Source: Bacilli bacterium (lineage in GTDB: Bacteria; Bacillota_I; Bacilli_A; RF39; UBA660). Taken from it: a stretch of DNA of 64,000 nucleotides. The DNA lies in contig JAFOMI010000040.1 of the NCBI GenBank assembly GCA_017418945.1, positions 32 to 64,031 of the forward strand. Reading direction: 5' to 3'. A model generated the notes under the pieces. It saw only the letters and a list, made by a program, of their open reading frames with translations. It searched no databases and was not told the origin of the DNA. Numbering within the stretch: the first letter of the stretch is position 1; the number at the start of each line of letters is the position of its first letter. Position numbers and translations under genes: made by a program. Below are positions 47,551 through 58,975 of this stretch, piece by piece.

Positions 47551-48259
47551 TTGTTAGATCACTCCATATTTTTTTATATAAATACATTTCATCTTTATTA
47601 TCTTCATCTATTTTATAAATAGATTTTATTTTAGCTGGAGTATTTGAAAGTACTATTATTCTATTACACATATTAATTGCTTCATTTATATCATGTGTAA
47701 CTATTATTAATGTCTTTTTTTCTTCTTTGATTATGTTTTTTATATCTTTTGAAATATTAAGTCTTGTTTGATAATCTAGTGCGGAAAATGGTTCATCTAA
47801 AAGTAATATATCAGGATCTAGAACTAAAGTTCTTATTAATGCCGCTCTTTGTCTTTGTCCTCCCGATAAATCATCTGGATAACTATTTATATATTTTCCA
47901 AGTCCATATTTTATAAGCATCTTTTTAGTTTTTTCTATATTTTCTTTAGTGCATTTTTTATTAATTTTTAAACCTATTAAACAATTATCTAAAATAGTTA
48001 AGTAGGGCATTAGATAATCTTTTTGAAGCATATAACCAATTTTTAAATTATCTTTTTTTATTATTGAACCTAAATCATAATCTTCTAAATTTGCGATTAT
48101 AGATAGAATAGTTGATTTACCAGAACCAGATGGTCCGATTATTCCTAAAAAATCATTTTGGAAAACGTTAATATTAATATTATCTAAAACATGTATTTCT
48201 TTTTCATTTGTTTGGTAGAATTTACTTAAGTTTTTAATCTCTAATATTTTATTCATCAT
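47543..48259 (-). CDS. ABC transporter ATP-binding protein (SsuB/TauB-like)
   Basis: Walker A GPSGSGKST, signature LSGGQRQR, Walker B LLLDEPFS. Confidence 0.88.
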   Translation of the reverse strand: MMNKILEIKNLSKFYQTNEKEIHVLDNININVFQNDFLGIIGPSGSGKSTILSIIANLEDYDLGSIIKKDNLKIGYMLQKDYLMPYLTILDNCLIGLKINKKCTKENIEKTKKMLIKYGLGKYINSYPDDLSGGQRQRAALIRTLVLDPDILLLDEPFSALDYQTRLNISKDIKNIIKEEKKTLIIVTHDINEAINMCNRIIVLSNTPAKIKSIYKIDEDNKDEMYLYKKIWSDLTND

Positions 48260-49244
48260 TAAAACTAGTATCTACTAATTTATTATAAGGTACTTTTTTA
48301 TCAATTATTCCAGCTTCAATTATAATGTCTTCTAAGTGTTCAAATTCTTTTTTTGTTAGTTTAGTATTCTTTTTCCATGCGTCATTGTCTTTATATCTTT
48401 TAATCATTTTTTCTAAATCATTAATAGTCATATCTGGAAAGAATTCTACTAGTTCTTTTGCTATTTTATTGTTATCTTCTTTTTGAACATATTTTAATCC
48501 TTTATTTATTGCTTTAGTAAATTTTTTAATAGTATCTTTATTATTCTTTATATAACTTTTTAATGCATTATATGAAGTATATGGAACTTCACCACCATAT
48601 TCACCAAGGTAACCAACTATATATCCTTTTCCTTCTTTTTCAAGTAAAGTGGCATTAGGCTCAAATAATGTAACGTAATCACCAGTTCCAGAAATAAATG
48701 CGGATGCCATTGATGCAAATTCTATTGATGTATCAATAGTTAAATCGTTAATATCAACTTTATTTTCTTTAAGAGTATATTCTAAAGTCATTTCAGGCAT
48801 ACCACCTTTTCTTCCTCCAATAATATACTTTCCTTTTAAATCACTTAATTTAAAATTCTTATTTTTTTCTCTTCCTACTATAAAAGATCCATCTCTTTTA
48901 GTTAGTCCTGCGAATGAGACTATATAGTCTTTTTTCTTATTATTATAGACATATATTGATGCTTCACTTCCACAAAAACCAATATCAACATCTTTTGATA
49001 ATACTGCTGATGTAACTTTATCTGCACCAGGTGTTAGTATTAAATCAATATCTAATCCTTCATCTTTAAAGTATCCTTTTTTTATTGCAATATACTGAGG
49101 TGCGTAGAATACTGAATGCGCAACTTCTGCGACTTTAACTTTTTTTAAATCATTCTTTTTTGTTTTATTAATATCTTTATTAATAAATATAATTCCAATT
49201 ATTGCTAAAACAAAAAGAATAACTCCAATAATTATTTTTTTCAA
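48249..49244 (-). CDS. ABC substrate-binding lipoprotein (NMT1/THI5-like, SsuA family)
   Basis: N-terminal signal/TM, then a periplasmic-binding-protein-type fold. Gene order SBP-ATPase-permease. Confidence 0.75.
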   Translation of the reverse strand: MKKIIIGVILFVLAIIGIIFINKDINKTKKNDLKKVKVAEVAHSVFYAPQYIAIKKGYFKDEGLDIDLILTPGADKVTSAVLSKDVDIGFCGSEASIYVYNNKKKDYIVSFAGLTKRDGSFIVGREKNKNFKLSDLKGKYIIGGRKGGMPEMTLEYTLKENKVDINDLTIDTSIEFASMASAFISGTGDYVTLFEPNATLLEKEGKGYIVGYLGEYGGEVPYTSYNALKSYIKNNKDTIKKFTKAINKGLKYVQKEDNNKIAKELVEFFPDMTINDLEKMIKRYKDNDAWKKNTKLTKKEFEHLEDIIIEAGIIDKKVPYNKLVDTSFNDE

Positions 49245-49314
49245 AATTCATCTTCCTTTCAAAGTATTATATGAAAAAAGCATTATTTATGATACAATTA
49301 AAGTGGAGGATATT

Positions 49315-51402
49315 ATGATAGAAAACTTAAACGAAAGACAATTAGAGGCCGTACAAAACATAGATGGACCAATGCTTGTACTTGCAGGTGCAGGTTCTGG
49401 TAAAACAAGAGTTTTGACAACAAAAGTTATGTACCTTTTAGAACATAGAGATATTTCTCCAAGAAATATTTTAGCGATAACTTTTACTAATAAAGCTGCT
49501 AAAGAAATGAAGGAAAGAATTTATAATTTAATTGGTAGAGAAGCTTTTTTAATACAAATATCAACATTCCATTCATTTGGATTAAAATTATTAAAAGAAA
49601 ATTATGAATTACTTGGTTATGATAGCAATTTTACTATAATAGATGCTGATGATTCATTAACAATGATTAAGAAAATAATGAAAGAATTAGATATAGATTC
49701 TAATAAATATAATTATAGAGCAATTAGATCTAGTATTTCAGATAATAAAAATGAAATGGTTTCAGTAAAAGAATATGAAAAATTTGTTTATACTGATTAT
49801 GATGAAGTAGTATATAAAGTATATGATGAATATGAAAAAAGTTTAAAAAGAAGTAATGCAATAGATTTTGATGATTTACTTTTATTACCAATAAAGTTAT
49901 TTAATGAACATGAAGATGTTTTAATTAAATATCAAGATTTATATAAATATGTATTTATAGATGAGTATCAAGATACTAATAAACCTCAATATTTATTAAG
50001 TAAAATGATAAGTGGAAAATACAAGAATATTACTGTTGTTGGAGATAATGACCAAGCAATATTTACTTGGAGAGGTGCAGATTATAAAAATATATTAAAT
50101 TTTGAAAAAGATTATCCTAATGCGAAAGTAGTTATATTAGATGAAAATTATCGTTCTACTAAAACTATTTTAAAAGCAGCGAATAATGTTATTAAGAATA
50201 ATAAAATTAGAAAAGAAAAGAATTTATGGACTAATAATGAAGAGGGTAATTTAATAAAATATTATAAAGCATATGATGAAAAAGATGAATCTAGTTTTGT
50301 TGTTAAAGAAACAAAAAAATTAATTAGTGAAGGAATAAGTCCTGATGAAATATGTGTTTTATATAGAGCAAATGCTCAAAGTAGAAATGTTGAAGAAGCA
50401 TTCTTGCAAAATAATATTTCATATAAAATAGTTGGTTCTTATGCATTCTATAATAGAAAAGAAATTAAAGATTTAATTGCGTATTTAAAACTAATTCATA
50501 ATGAAAAAGATGATGTTTCTTTACTTAGAGTTATTAATTATCCAAAAAGAGGAATAGGTCAAAAAACAATAGAAAATTTAAGTATAGTAGGAAGAAATGA
50601 AAATAAGTCTTTATATGAATCAATTACGTCTAATAAAGAATTAGAATTTAAAAATATAATAGAAGCATTAAAAAAAGAAAAAGATTCAATGCCTTTAGTA
50701 GATTTTATTGAACTTGTTTTAAATAAAACTGGTATTAAAGAAAGTCTTAAAAGTGAAAAAACTCTAGAAGCAGATATTAGACTTGAAAACTTAGAGGAAT
50801 TTAAGTCAATTGCGCACAATGCTGAAGAAGTTAGTGGAATAGTAACATTAGAAGATTTTTTAGATGAAATTAGTTTAGTAACTGATGCATCTGAAAATCA
50901 AAGTGATAATGAAGAAAAGGTTACTTTAATGACTATGCATGCAGTTAAGGGACTTGAATTTGATTATGTATTTGTAGTAGGAGTAGAAGAAGGATTATTT
51001 CCTCATTTAAATTCTATGAATAGTGAAGAAGAACTTGAAGAAGAAAGAAGACTTTGTTATGTTGCTATTACAAGAGCTAGAAAGAAACTATATATAATTA
51101 ATTCTAGAAGTAGATTATTGTATGGTAAAGTAACAAGTAATATACCTAGTAGATTTATATCTGAAATAGGTGATGATTTATTAGATCAAGAAAGAAAAGA
51201 TAATGTTTTCTCTAAGAAAATTAATAGAGAAGATATGATTACTAATAATGATTTAAAAAGAGGAGATTTAATAAGACACGATAAATATGGAAATGGTGTT
51301 GTTATTGATATAGATGGAAAAATTGCAACTATTTCATTTACAAAAGAAGGCGTTAAGAAATTATTAAAAGATCATAAAGCAATAAAGAAAGTGAGTGAGT
51401 AA
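49315..51402 (+). CDS. pcrA: ATP-dependent DNA helicase PcrA (UvrD family)
   Basis: LNERQLEAV...GPMLVLAGAGSGKTRVLT (motif I), DEYQDTN (motif II), VGDNDQAIFTWRGA, TMHAVKGLEFDYVFV. Start at the ATG after the GGAGGA RBS. Confidence 0.93.
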   Translation: MIENLNERQLEAVQNIDGPMLVLAGAGSGKTRVLTTKVMYLLEHRDISPRNILAITFTNKAAKEMKERIYNLIGREAFLIQISTFHSFGLKLLKENYELLGYDSNFTIIDADDSLTMIKKIMKELDIDSNKYNYRAIRSSISDNKNEMVSVKEYEKFVYTDYDEVVYKVYDEYEKSLKRSNAIDFDDLLLLPIKLFNEHEDVLIKYQDLYKYVFIDEYQDTNKPQYLLSKMISGKYKNITVVGDNDQAIFTWRGADYKNILNFEKDYPNAKVVILDENYRSTKTILKAANNVIKNNKIRKEKNLWTNNEEGNLIKYYKAYDEKDESSFVVKETKKLISEGISPDEICVLYRANAQSRNVEEAFLQNNISYKIVGSYAFYNRKEIKDLIAYLKLIHNEKDDVSLLRVINYPKRGIGQKTIENLSIVGRNENKSLYESITSNKELEFKNIIEALKKEKDSMPLVDFIELVLNKTGIKESLKSEKTLEADIRLENLEEFKSIAHNAEEVSGIVTLEDFLDEISLVTDASENQSDNEEKVTLMTMHAVKGLEFDYVFVVGVEEGLFPHLNSMNSEEELEEERRLCYVAITRARKKLYIINSRSRLLYGKVTSNIPSRFISEIGDDLLDQERKDNVFSKKINREDMITNNDLKRGDLIRHDKYGNGVVIDIDGKIATISFTKEGVKKLLKDHKAIKKVSE

Positions 51403-51403
51403 T

Positions 51404-52297
51404 ATGGAATTATTGATTATGGCTGCGGGTATGGGTAGTAGATTTGGTGGATTAAAACAAATTGAACCTATGGGACCAAATGGAGAATTTATAATAGATT
51501 ATTCTATTTATGATGCCAAAAAAGCGGGTTTTGATAAAGTAGTATTTATTATCAAAGAAGAAAATTATGAAGTATTTAAAAATACTATTGGTAAAAGAAT
51601 TGAACCATATATTGATGTAGATTATGTATTTCAAAAAATGGAAGATATTCCATCTTTTGTAAATATACCAGAAAATAGAGTTAAACCTTGGGGAACTGCG
51701 CAAGCTATTTATGCTGCAAAAGATAAAATAACTGGACCATTTTTAGTAATAAATGCAGATGACTTTTATGGAAGAGATGCATATTTTGTTGCAAGAGATT
51801 TCTTAAAAAGTGATAGAGATAATAAATTTTCTACAATAGGTTATAAAGCAAATAATACGATGACAGAAAATGGTTCTGTTAAAAGAGGGGTAATAAAACA
51901 TAAGAATGGTAATTTATTATCAATTAATGAATCTAAATTAGAATATGTTGATGGAGAAATAATTGCGACATCGTTAGTAGATAATGAAGTATTTAAAGTA
52001 GAAAAAGATGATTTAGTTTCTATGAATATGTTAACTTTTGATTTATCAATATTTCCATTTTTAAAAGAAAGAATGGATATATTCTTTAAAGAAAATGAAA
52101 ATGATTTAGAAAAATGTGAATTCTTAATTCCGGTGGAAATAGAAAATGCGTTAAAGGCAGGAAAAGAAGTTAAAGTATTAGATACAAAAGCAAAATGGCA
52201 TGGTGTTACATACAAAGAAGATACTGATAATGTAAAGAAATCTATTAAAAAAATGGTATTAAAAAAAGAATATCCTAATAATTTATGGGAAAACTAA
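51404..52297 (+). CDS. Sugar-phosphate nucleotidyltransferase-family protein
   Basis: N-terminal LIMAAGMGSRFGG (the G-x-G-T/S-R nucleotidyltransferase loop). Confidence 0.7.
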   Translation: MELLIMAAGMGSRFGGLKQIEPMGPNGEFIIDYSIYDAKKAGFDKVVFIIKEENYEVFKNTIGKRIEPYIDVDYVFQKMEDIPSFVNIPENRVKPWGTAQAIYAAKDKITGPFLVINADDFYGRDAYFVARDFLKSDRDNKFSTIGYKANNTMTENGSVKRGVIKHKNGNLLSINESKLEYVDGEIIATSLVDNEVFKVEKDDLVSMNMLTFDLSIFPFLKERMDIFFKENENDLEKCEFLIPVEIENALKAGKEVKVLDTKAKWHGVTYKEDTDNVKKSIKKMVLKKEYPNNLWEN

Positions 52298-52379
52298 AAA
52301 AGATTTTATTATAAATCTTTTTTTATTTACTTTAAACTAAAAAAATGTTAATATTTATATATATAGTAGAGGTGTTTAT

Positions 52380-54422
52380 ATGAATATAAATGATTTTGAA
52401 AAAGAAATAAACATTATTAATAATAGAGTACAACTTTTAGATGAACAAATTAAAAAATTAGAAGAAGATAGATTAAGAAGAGAAGAATCTCAAATAACTT
52501 TAGTTGGTCAAGAAAAACCAAAGATTCCTAAAACCCCTGAACAAGTTAGTCTAGAAAATGAAAGACAAGAATTAATTATTAATAAGAATAGAATTATTAA
52601 TACTATGAACTCATATAATAGAATTAAAAAAGATTCAGATAATAGTGATTTCAAAGGTATGGATATTAATGATTTTATAAGAATTAGAGATAATTATGAT
52701 AAAGAAAGAAAAGAAATATTAAAGAATATAAATAAACTTGAAGGAGAAAGAATCCAAAAAGAATTAGATTCCTTAACTGTTGTTGGAAAAATACCTAAGG
52801 TTTCAAAATCAAAAGAACAAATAGAATTAGAAGAAAAGAAACAACTTTCAGAAACTAGATATCAATTAATGGTTAATACAATTAATATTTATAACGGTTA
52901 TAAAAAAGAATTAGAATCGTTAGCAAATGAAACTGATTTAAAAAAGAAAGCAGATGGAATAGCAAGCATTATTTATAATGCAAATAAAAGAGGATTTCCT
53001 GAACAATTATTAGTTAACTTACTTGAAGGTAAAGAACCTGTAAAAAAGGAAGAAGCAGTAGTTAGTAATGAACCTAAAGAAGAAATAATAGAAGTAATTG
53101 AAGATAATACTAATAATATAGAAAAAGATATTAAAAAAGAATTTATTAGTGATAAAAAAACTATATTTAATTCAAGAGAAGAAGAAATTAAATTTGAATT
53201 AGATAAGAGTATGAAAAGATTACAAGTTGCTATTTTAAATGATGATGAAAATGCTATTGCAGAAGAAAGAAGTTATAGACAAAGTTTATTAAATGAATTA
53301 TTTGAAATAAAGAGACTTGCTAAAGAAGAAGAAATTAATAAAAAAGTTAAAGAATTAGAAGAAGAACTTAAAAAGACAGTAAGTAATATTGATGAAGCAA
53401 AATTAATTGGTGATGATAACTTAATTGCTAGAGAAATTGGAAATAGACAAAGAATTCAATCTGAAATAGCAAGATTAAAAGGATTTGAAGAACCTAAAAA
53501 AATAAATAGTCCAGTAATAAAAAATGTTGAAAAAGAAGAAAAAAATAAAGTTAATCCGATAAAGGTTGAAAATCCAAAAATAATTGAACCAGAAAAGGTT
53601 AAAGAAACAAATAAAATTAATCCTATTAAGATTGAAAATCCACGTGTGAATGAAGAACCTAAAAAGGTAGGTATATCTAAAGAAGAAATAAATAAAATGA
53701 TTTCTATATTAAATGCTAAAAAAGAAGATATAGATTCTAAAATAATAAAAATAGATTTAAATGCACCTTTTGAAGAAACAGCAAAACAAATGAAAGAATA
53801 TATTAAAACATGTAAAGAAATTAATAAACTTAAAGAAGAATTATATTCATTAGAAGAAAAACCTAAAGCTAAAGAAGAAATTTCTGAAGTTAAGGAAGAA
53901 TCTAATAAAGAAGAAGTTTCTGAAGTTAAGGAAGAATCTAATAAAGAAGAAGTTTCTGAAGTTAAGGAAGAATCTAATAAAGAAGAAAAGTCTGAAGTTA
54001 AGAATGAAGAAAAAGAAGAAAAGAAAAAGAGAACTCCAAAATTCAAACGTTTCTTAACAAAATCAGTCCCAGGATTCTTAAAAAGAACAGGTTTTAAAAT
54101 AAGAAGTATATTTGATAGAAGTGATGAAATAGATTTTAGTTCAATAATTAAAAATGAAGATGATAAATCTATAGATGATGAGAAAAAGAATCAAACATCT
54201 TCTGATACTGTTTTAGATGAAATTGGTAAAGAAAAAGAAACAAAAGAAACAGTAGAAATAAAAGAAAAAATTGGTAAAGATATTGATAATTTATTAAAAG
54301 AAAAAGAATTATTAAATGAGAAAAAGAATGAATTAAATAGTAAATTGGAAGATGAAACTAAAAAACAAATAGATGAATTTTTTAAAGAAGTAAATGAAAA
54401 TTTAAATTCAATGAAAAGATAA
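52380..54422 (+). CDS. K/E-rich coiled-coil protein with three 12-aa tandem repeats (EVKEESNKEEVS)
   Basis: 680 aa, low complexity, predicted long coiled-coil. Internal 36-nt x3 DNA repeat. Confidence 0.6.
   Translation: MNINDFEKEINIINNRVQLLDEQIKKLEEDRLRREESQITLVGQEKPKIPKTPEQVSLENERQELIINKNRIINTMNSYNRIKKDSDNSDFKGMDINDFIRIRDNYDKERKEILKNINKLEGERIQKELDSLTVVGKIPKVSKSKEQIELEEKKQLSETRYQLMVNTINIYNGYKKELESLANETDLKKKADGIASIIYNANKRGFPEQLLVNLLEGKEPVKKEEAVVSNEPKEEIIEVIEDNTNNIEKDIKKEFISDKKTIFNSREEEIKFELDKSMKRLQVAILNDDENAIAEERSYRQSLLNELFEIKRLAKEEEINKKVKELEEELKKTVSNIDEAKLIGDDNLIAREIGNRQRIQSEIARLKGFEEPKKINSPVIKNVEKEEKNKVNPIKVENPKIIEPEKVKETNKINPIKIENPRVNEEPKKVGISKEEINKMISILNAKKEDIDSKIIKIDLNAPFEETAKQMKEYIKTCKEINKLKEELYSLEEKPKAKEEISEVKEESNKEEVSEVKEESNKEEVSEVKEESNKEEKSEVKNEEKEEKKKRTPKFKRFLTKSVPGFLKRTGFKIRSIFDRSDEIDFSSIIKNEDDKSIDDEKKNQTSSDTVLDEIGKEKETKETVEIKEKIGKDIDNLLKEKELLNEKKNELNSKLEDETKKQIDEFFKEVNENLNSMKR
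53886..53993 (+). repeat. 3 x 36-nt perfect/near-perfect tandem repeat inside the K/E-rich gene
   Basis: gaagttaaggaagaatctaataaagaagaagtttct repeated three times; the last copy ends aagtct. Confidence 0.8.
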
Positions 54423-54481
54423 TAAAAAAGGCTATTAAAAAAGCCTTTTTTTCTTTTATTTAATTGTAAAAAATAGTATAA

Positions 54482-56488
<2,007 letters not shown>

Positions 56489-56621
56489 AATAATATTTTG
56501 ATATTTAAATTTTGGTATTAATAAAATTTGATTTTTGATAAAGAGTGCTTACAAAATAAGCATTCTTTTCGTTTGTTTATATTTTTTATTTATGTTAGTA
56601 TTTTTGCTCGAGGTGAGAAAA

Positions 56622-58019
56622 ATGAATAAAAAATATAAAATTTTAGTATTTTTAATGTTACTTTTTATAAGTGTTTCAGTTAAGGCAGAAACAGTTACTC
56701 AAGAATTTATTGATGGAGTATGGTCATATCATTATCGAAATGGTGATGTATGGACTTTTGGTAATTTACCATATAATTATTTGGAAGGGAAACTAGTTTA
56801 TTGTATTCAACCAGATGCAAGAATAACAACTAGTAACTATTATACTTATGGAGATTTTTCTTTATCAGGATATAGTGAAGATGTAAGAAGAGAGATGGAA
56901 CTAATTTCATATTATGGATATGGGTATGAAGGACATAATACTTTAAAATATTATATGGCTACTCAAGAATTATTATGGCTTTTTTCAAAAGATGAATATA
57001 TAAAATGGACTACTTCTAATAGTAGAAGTTCTAGTGAAATTGATATTAGTTATGAAAAGGAAGAAATTAAAAAATTAATTAGGTCTCATGATGTACTCCC
57101 ATCATTTAGTAATATAAATTTTGAAACAAATGTCAATGATGAAATAGAATTAATTGATTATAATAGTGTTTTAGGTAAATATGATATAGAAATAGATGAA
57201 AGCATTAACTATGAAATAAATGATAATAAGTTAATATTAAAACCATCTATAAAAGGAGAATATATTATTAATTTTAATCCTAAAGTTAACTATAATTCTG
57301 ACACTCTTATATATGATGATTTTTCAATTAGAACTCAAACACTCGCATCTTTTGGTAAACCATCTTTAAATAGTTTTAGTATTAAATTAATTGTAAATCC
57401 AAAAAATAGAATTATTATTAATAAGACTGATGAAGATAATAATAATTTAGAAGGAGTATCATTTGAGATATATGATAAAGATTATAATATTGTAGATAAT
57501 ATAGTAAGTTCTAATGATAAGACAAGTTCAAAAGAATTAGCGAAAGGAACATATTATGTAAAAGAAACAAAAGAATTATATGGTTTTGTTAAAGATGATA
57601 ATTTATATGAAATAAATTTAAATGATAAAGATGAGGAATTAAATATTATAAATGAAAAGATTAAATGTGAAGTTACTGTTATATCAATGGGTAATGATAA
57701 TAAAATAGATGCTAGTTTTAATATATTTGATAGAAATGGTTATTTAATATATTCAGGTTCTACTATAAATGGAGTATTAAAAGTAGAACTTCCATATGGA
57801 GACTATGTCTTAAAAGAAATTAGTGTAGATAATGGTTATTTACTTAATAATAAAGAAGTTAATTTTACTGTTAATGATATATCATGCACTTCAACTTTAA
57901 GTATTTTGAATGAAGAAATAAAAATGCCAATAACAACTTCAACTAATTATAAATTAAATTATATGCTTTTATTCTTGTTTAATATAGGTGGGTTATTTTT
58001 TGTTAAAAAGAATAATTAA
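56622..58019 (+). CDS. Surface adhesin-like protein with thioester domain (TED) and Ig-like repeats; probable sortase substrate
   Basis: Signal peptide MNKKYKILVFLMLLFISVSVKA. YCIQP (Cys-Gln thioester pair context) and MATQELLWLF (the TQxxxW TED motif). C-terminal hydrophobic segment plus KKNN tail. Start at the RBS-supported ATG. Confidence 0.6.
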   Translation: MNKKYKILVFLMLLFISVSVKAETVTQEFIDGVWSYHYRNGDVWTFGNLPYNYLEGKLVYCIQPDARITTSNYYTYGDFSLSGYSEDVRREMELISYYGYGYEGHNTLKYYMATQELLWLFSKDEYIKWTTSNSRSSSEIDISYEKEEIKKLIRSHDVLPSFSNINFETNVNDEIELIDYNSVLGKYDIEIDESINYEINDNKLILKPSIKGEYIINFNPKVNYNSDTLIYDDFSIRTQTLASFGKPSLNSFSIKLIVNPKNRIIINKTDEDNNNLEGVSFEIYDKDYNIVDNIVSSNDKTSSKELAKGTYYVKETKELYGFVKDDNLYEINLNDKDEELNIINEKIKCEVTVISMGNDNKIDASFNIFDRNGYLIYSGSTINGVLKVELPYGDYVLKEISVDNGYLLNNKEVNFTVNDISCTSTLSILNEEIKMPITTSTNYKLNYMLLFLFNIGGLFFVKKNN

Positions 58020-58479
58020 ATTGTTTATATTTATTTCTTCATTTTTTTTATTTATTCCAACTATAAAAGAATATGAGTATAAAAGAAAAGTCAAAAGAAT
58101 TATTAAAGAAAATAATAATACTTATTTGGGTTATATCAGTATACCTAAATTTAATTATGAAAATGTAATAGATAATAAGGATAATGCTCTAGATAATAAT
58201 CAAATTTATTTAACAGATTTTAGTGATAAAATAGGTGGAAATAATATAGTACTTGCGGGTCATAATAACAGATATGTTTTTAATAAGATATATTATTTAA
58301 ATGTAGGTGATAGTATTATAATTAGTGATTTTAATATGGATTATTTATATGAAGTTATTGATTCTAAATATATAAATGTTGATGATTTTGACAGTTTAAA
58401 AATAGATAATTCTCTTATTTTATTAACATGTTCTTCTGATAATCAAAAAAGATATATAGTTATATCAATTAGAAAATAA
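58000..58479 (+). CDS. Sortase-family transpeptidase
   Basis: N-terminal TM anchor, LAGHN (His) and LLTCSSD (TLxTC catalytic Cys). Start ambiguous (TTG at 58000 with GGTGGG RBS versus GTG at 57988). Confidence 0.7.
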   Translation: MLKRIIKLFIFISSFFLFIPTIKEYEYKRKVKRIIKENNNTYLGYISIPKFNYENVIDNKDNALDNNQIYLTDFSDKIGGNNIVLAGHNNRYVFNKIYYLNVGDSIIISDFNMDYLYEVIDSKYINVDDFDSLKIDNSLILLTCSSDNQKRYIVISIRK

Positions 58480-58545
58480 TTGTAAAGTAATTATTAAAGT
58501 TATTGTAAAGTAAATAACTCATGATATAATAAAATAGGAGGATTT

Positions 58546-58935
58546 ATGAAGGTATTAACAATAAGAGAACCATGGGCTTCTTTAATAATTGAAGGTTATA
58601 AAAATTATGAGTTTAGAAGCTGGAAAACTAATTATAGAGGTAAGATATTAATTCACTCTGGACTAAATATTGAAAAAGATAATCTTGTTAAATTTAAAGA
58701 TTATGATATTAATGTTCAAAAAGGAAAAATAATTGGAGAAGCAACTTTAGTTGATTGTATTAAAGTGACTGAAGATTTTCAAAATGAATTATTAAAAGAA
58801 GATAGAATAGTATATGGTCAAAGTGATCATGATGGTACTTATGCATGGAAATTAGAAAATGTAATTAAGTATGATGAACCAATTAGTGTAAAGGGAAAGT
58901 TGGGGTTATGGAACTATGAATTTGATAAAAAATAA
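58546..58935 (+). CDS. ASCH-domain protein
   Basis: IREPWASLIIEGYKNYEFRSW is the ASCH (PUA-like) N-terminal signature. Confidence 0.7.
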   Translation: MKVLTIREPWASLIIEGYKNYEFRSWKTNYRGKILIHSGLNIEKDNLVKFKDYDINVQKGKIIGEATLVDCIKVTEDFQNELLKEDRIVYGQSDHDGTYAWKLENVIKYDEPISVKGKLGLWNYEFDKK

Positions 58936-58975
58936 GAAATGTGTTAGAATAAGGAACTATTAAATGGGGGACAGT

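Noticed and set aside
53886-53993. Regular 36-nt repeats that might be mistaken for a CRISPR array
   Set aside because: Units are directly abutting with no spacers and are in-frame within a coding sequence (EVKEESNKEEVS x3). This is a coding tandem repeat, not CRISPR.
53456-54046. 196-aa minus-strand ORF (S/L/F-rich) inside the K/E-rich gene
   Set aside because: An artefact of the GAA/AAG-rich sense strand (the antisense reads as TTC/CTT codons). No RBS, and the sense ORF is much longer.
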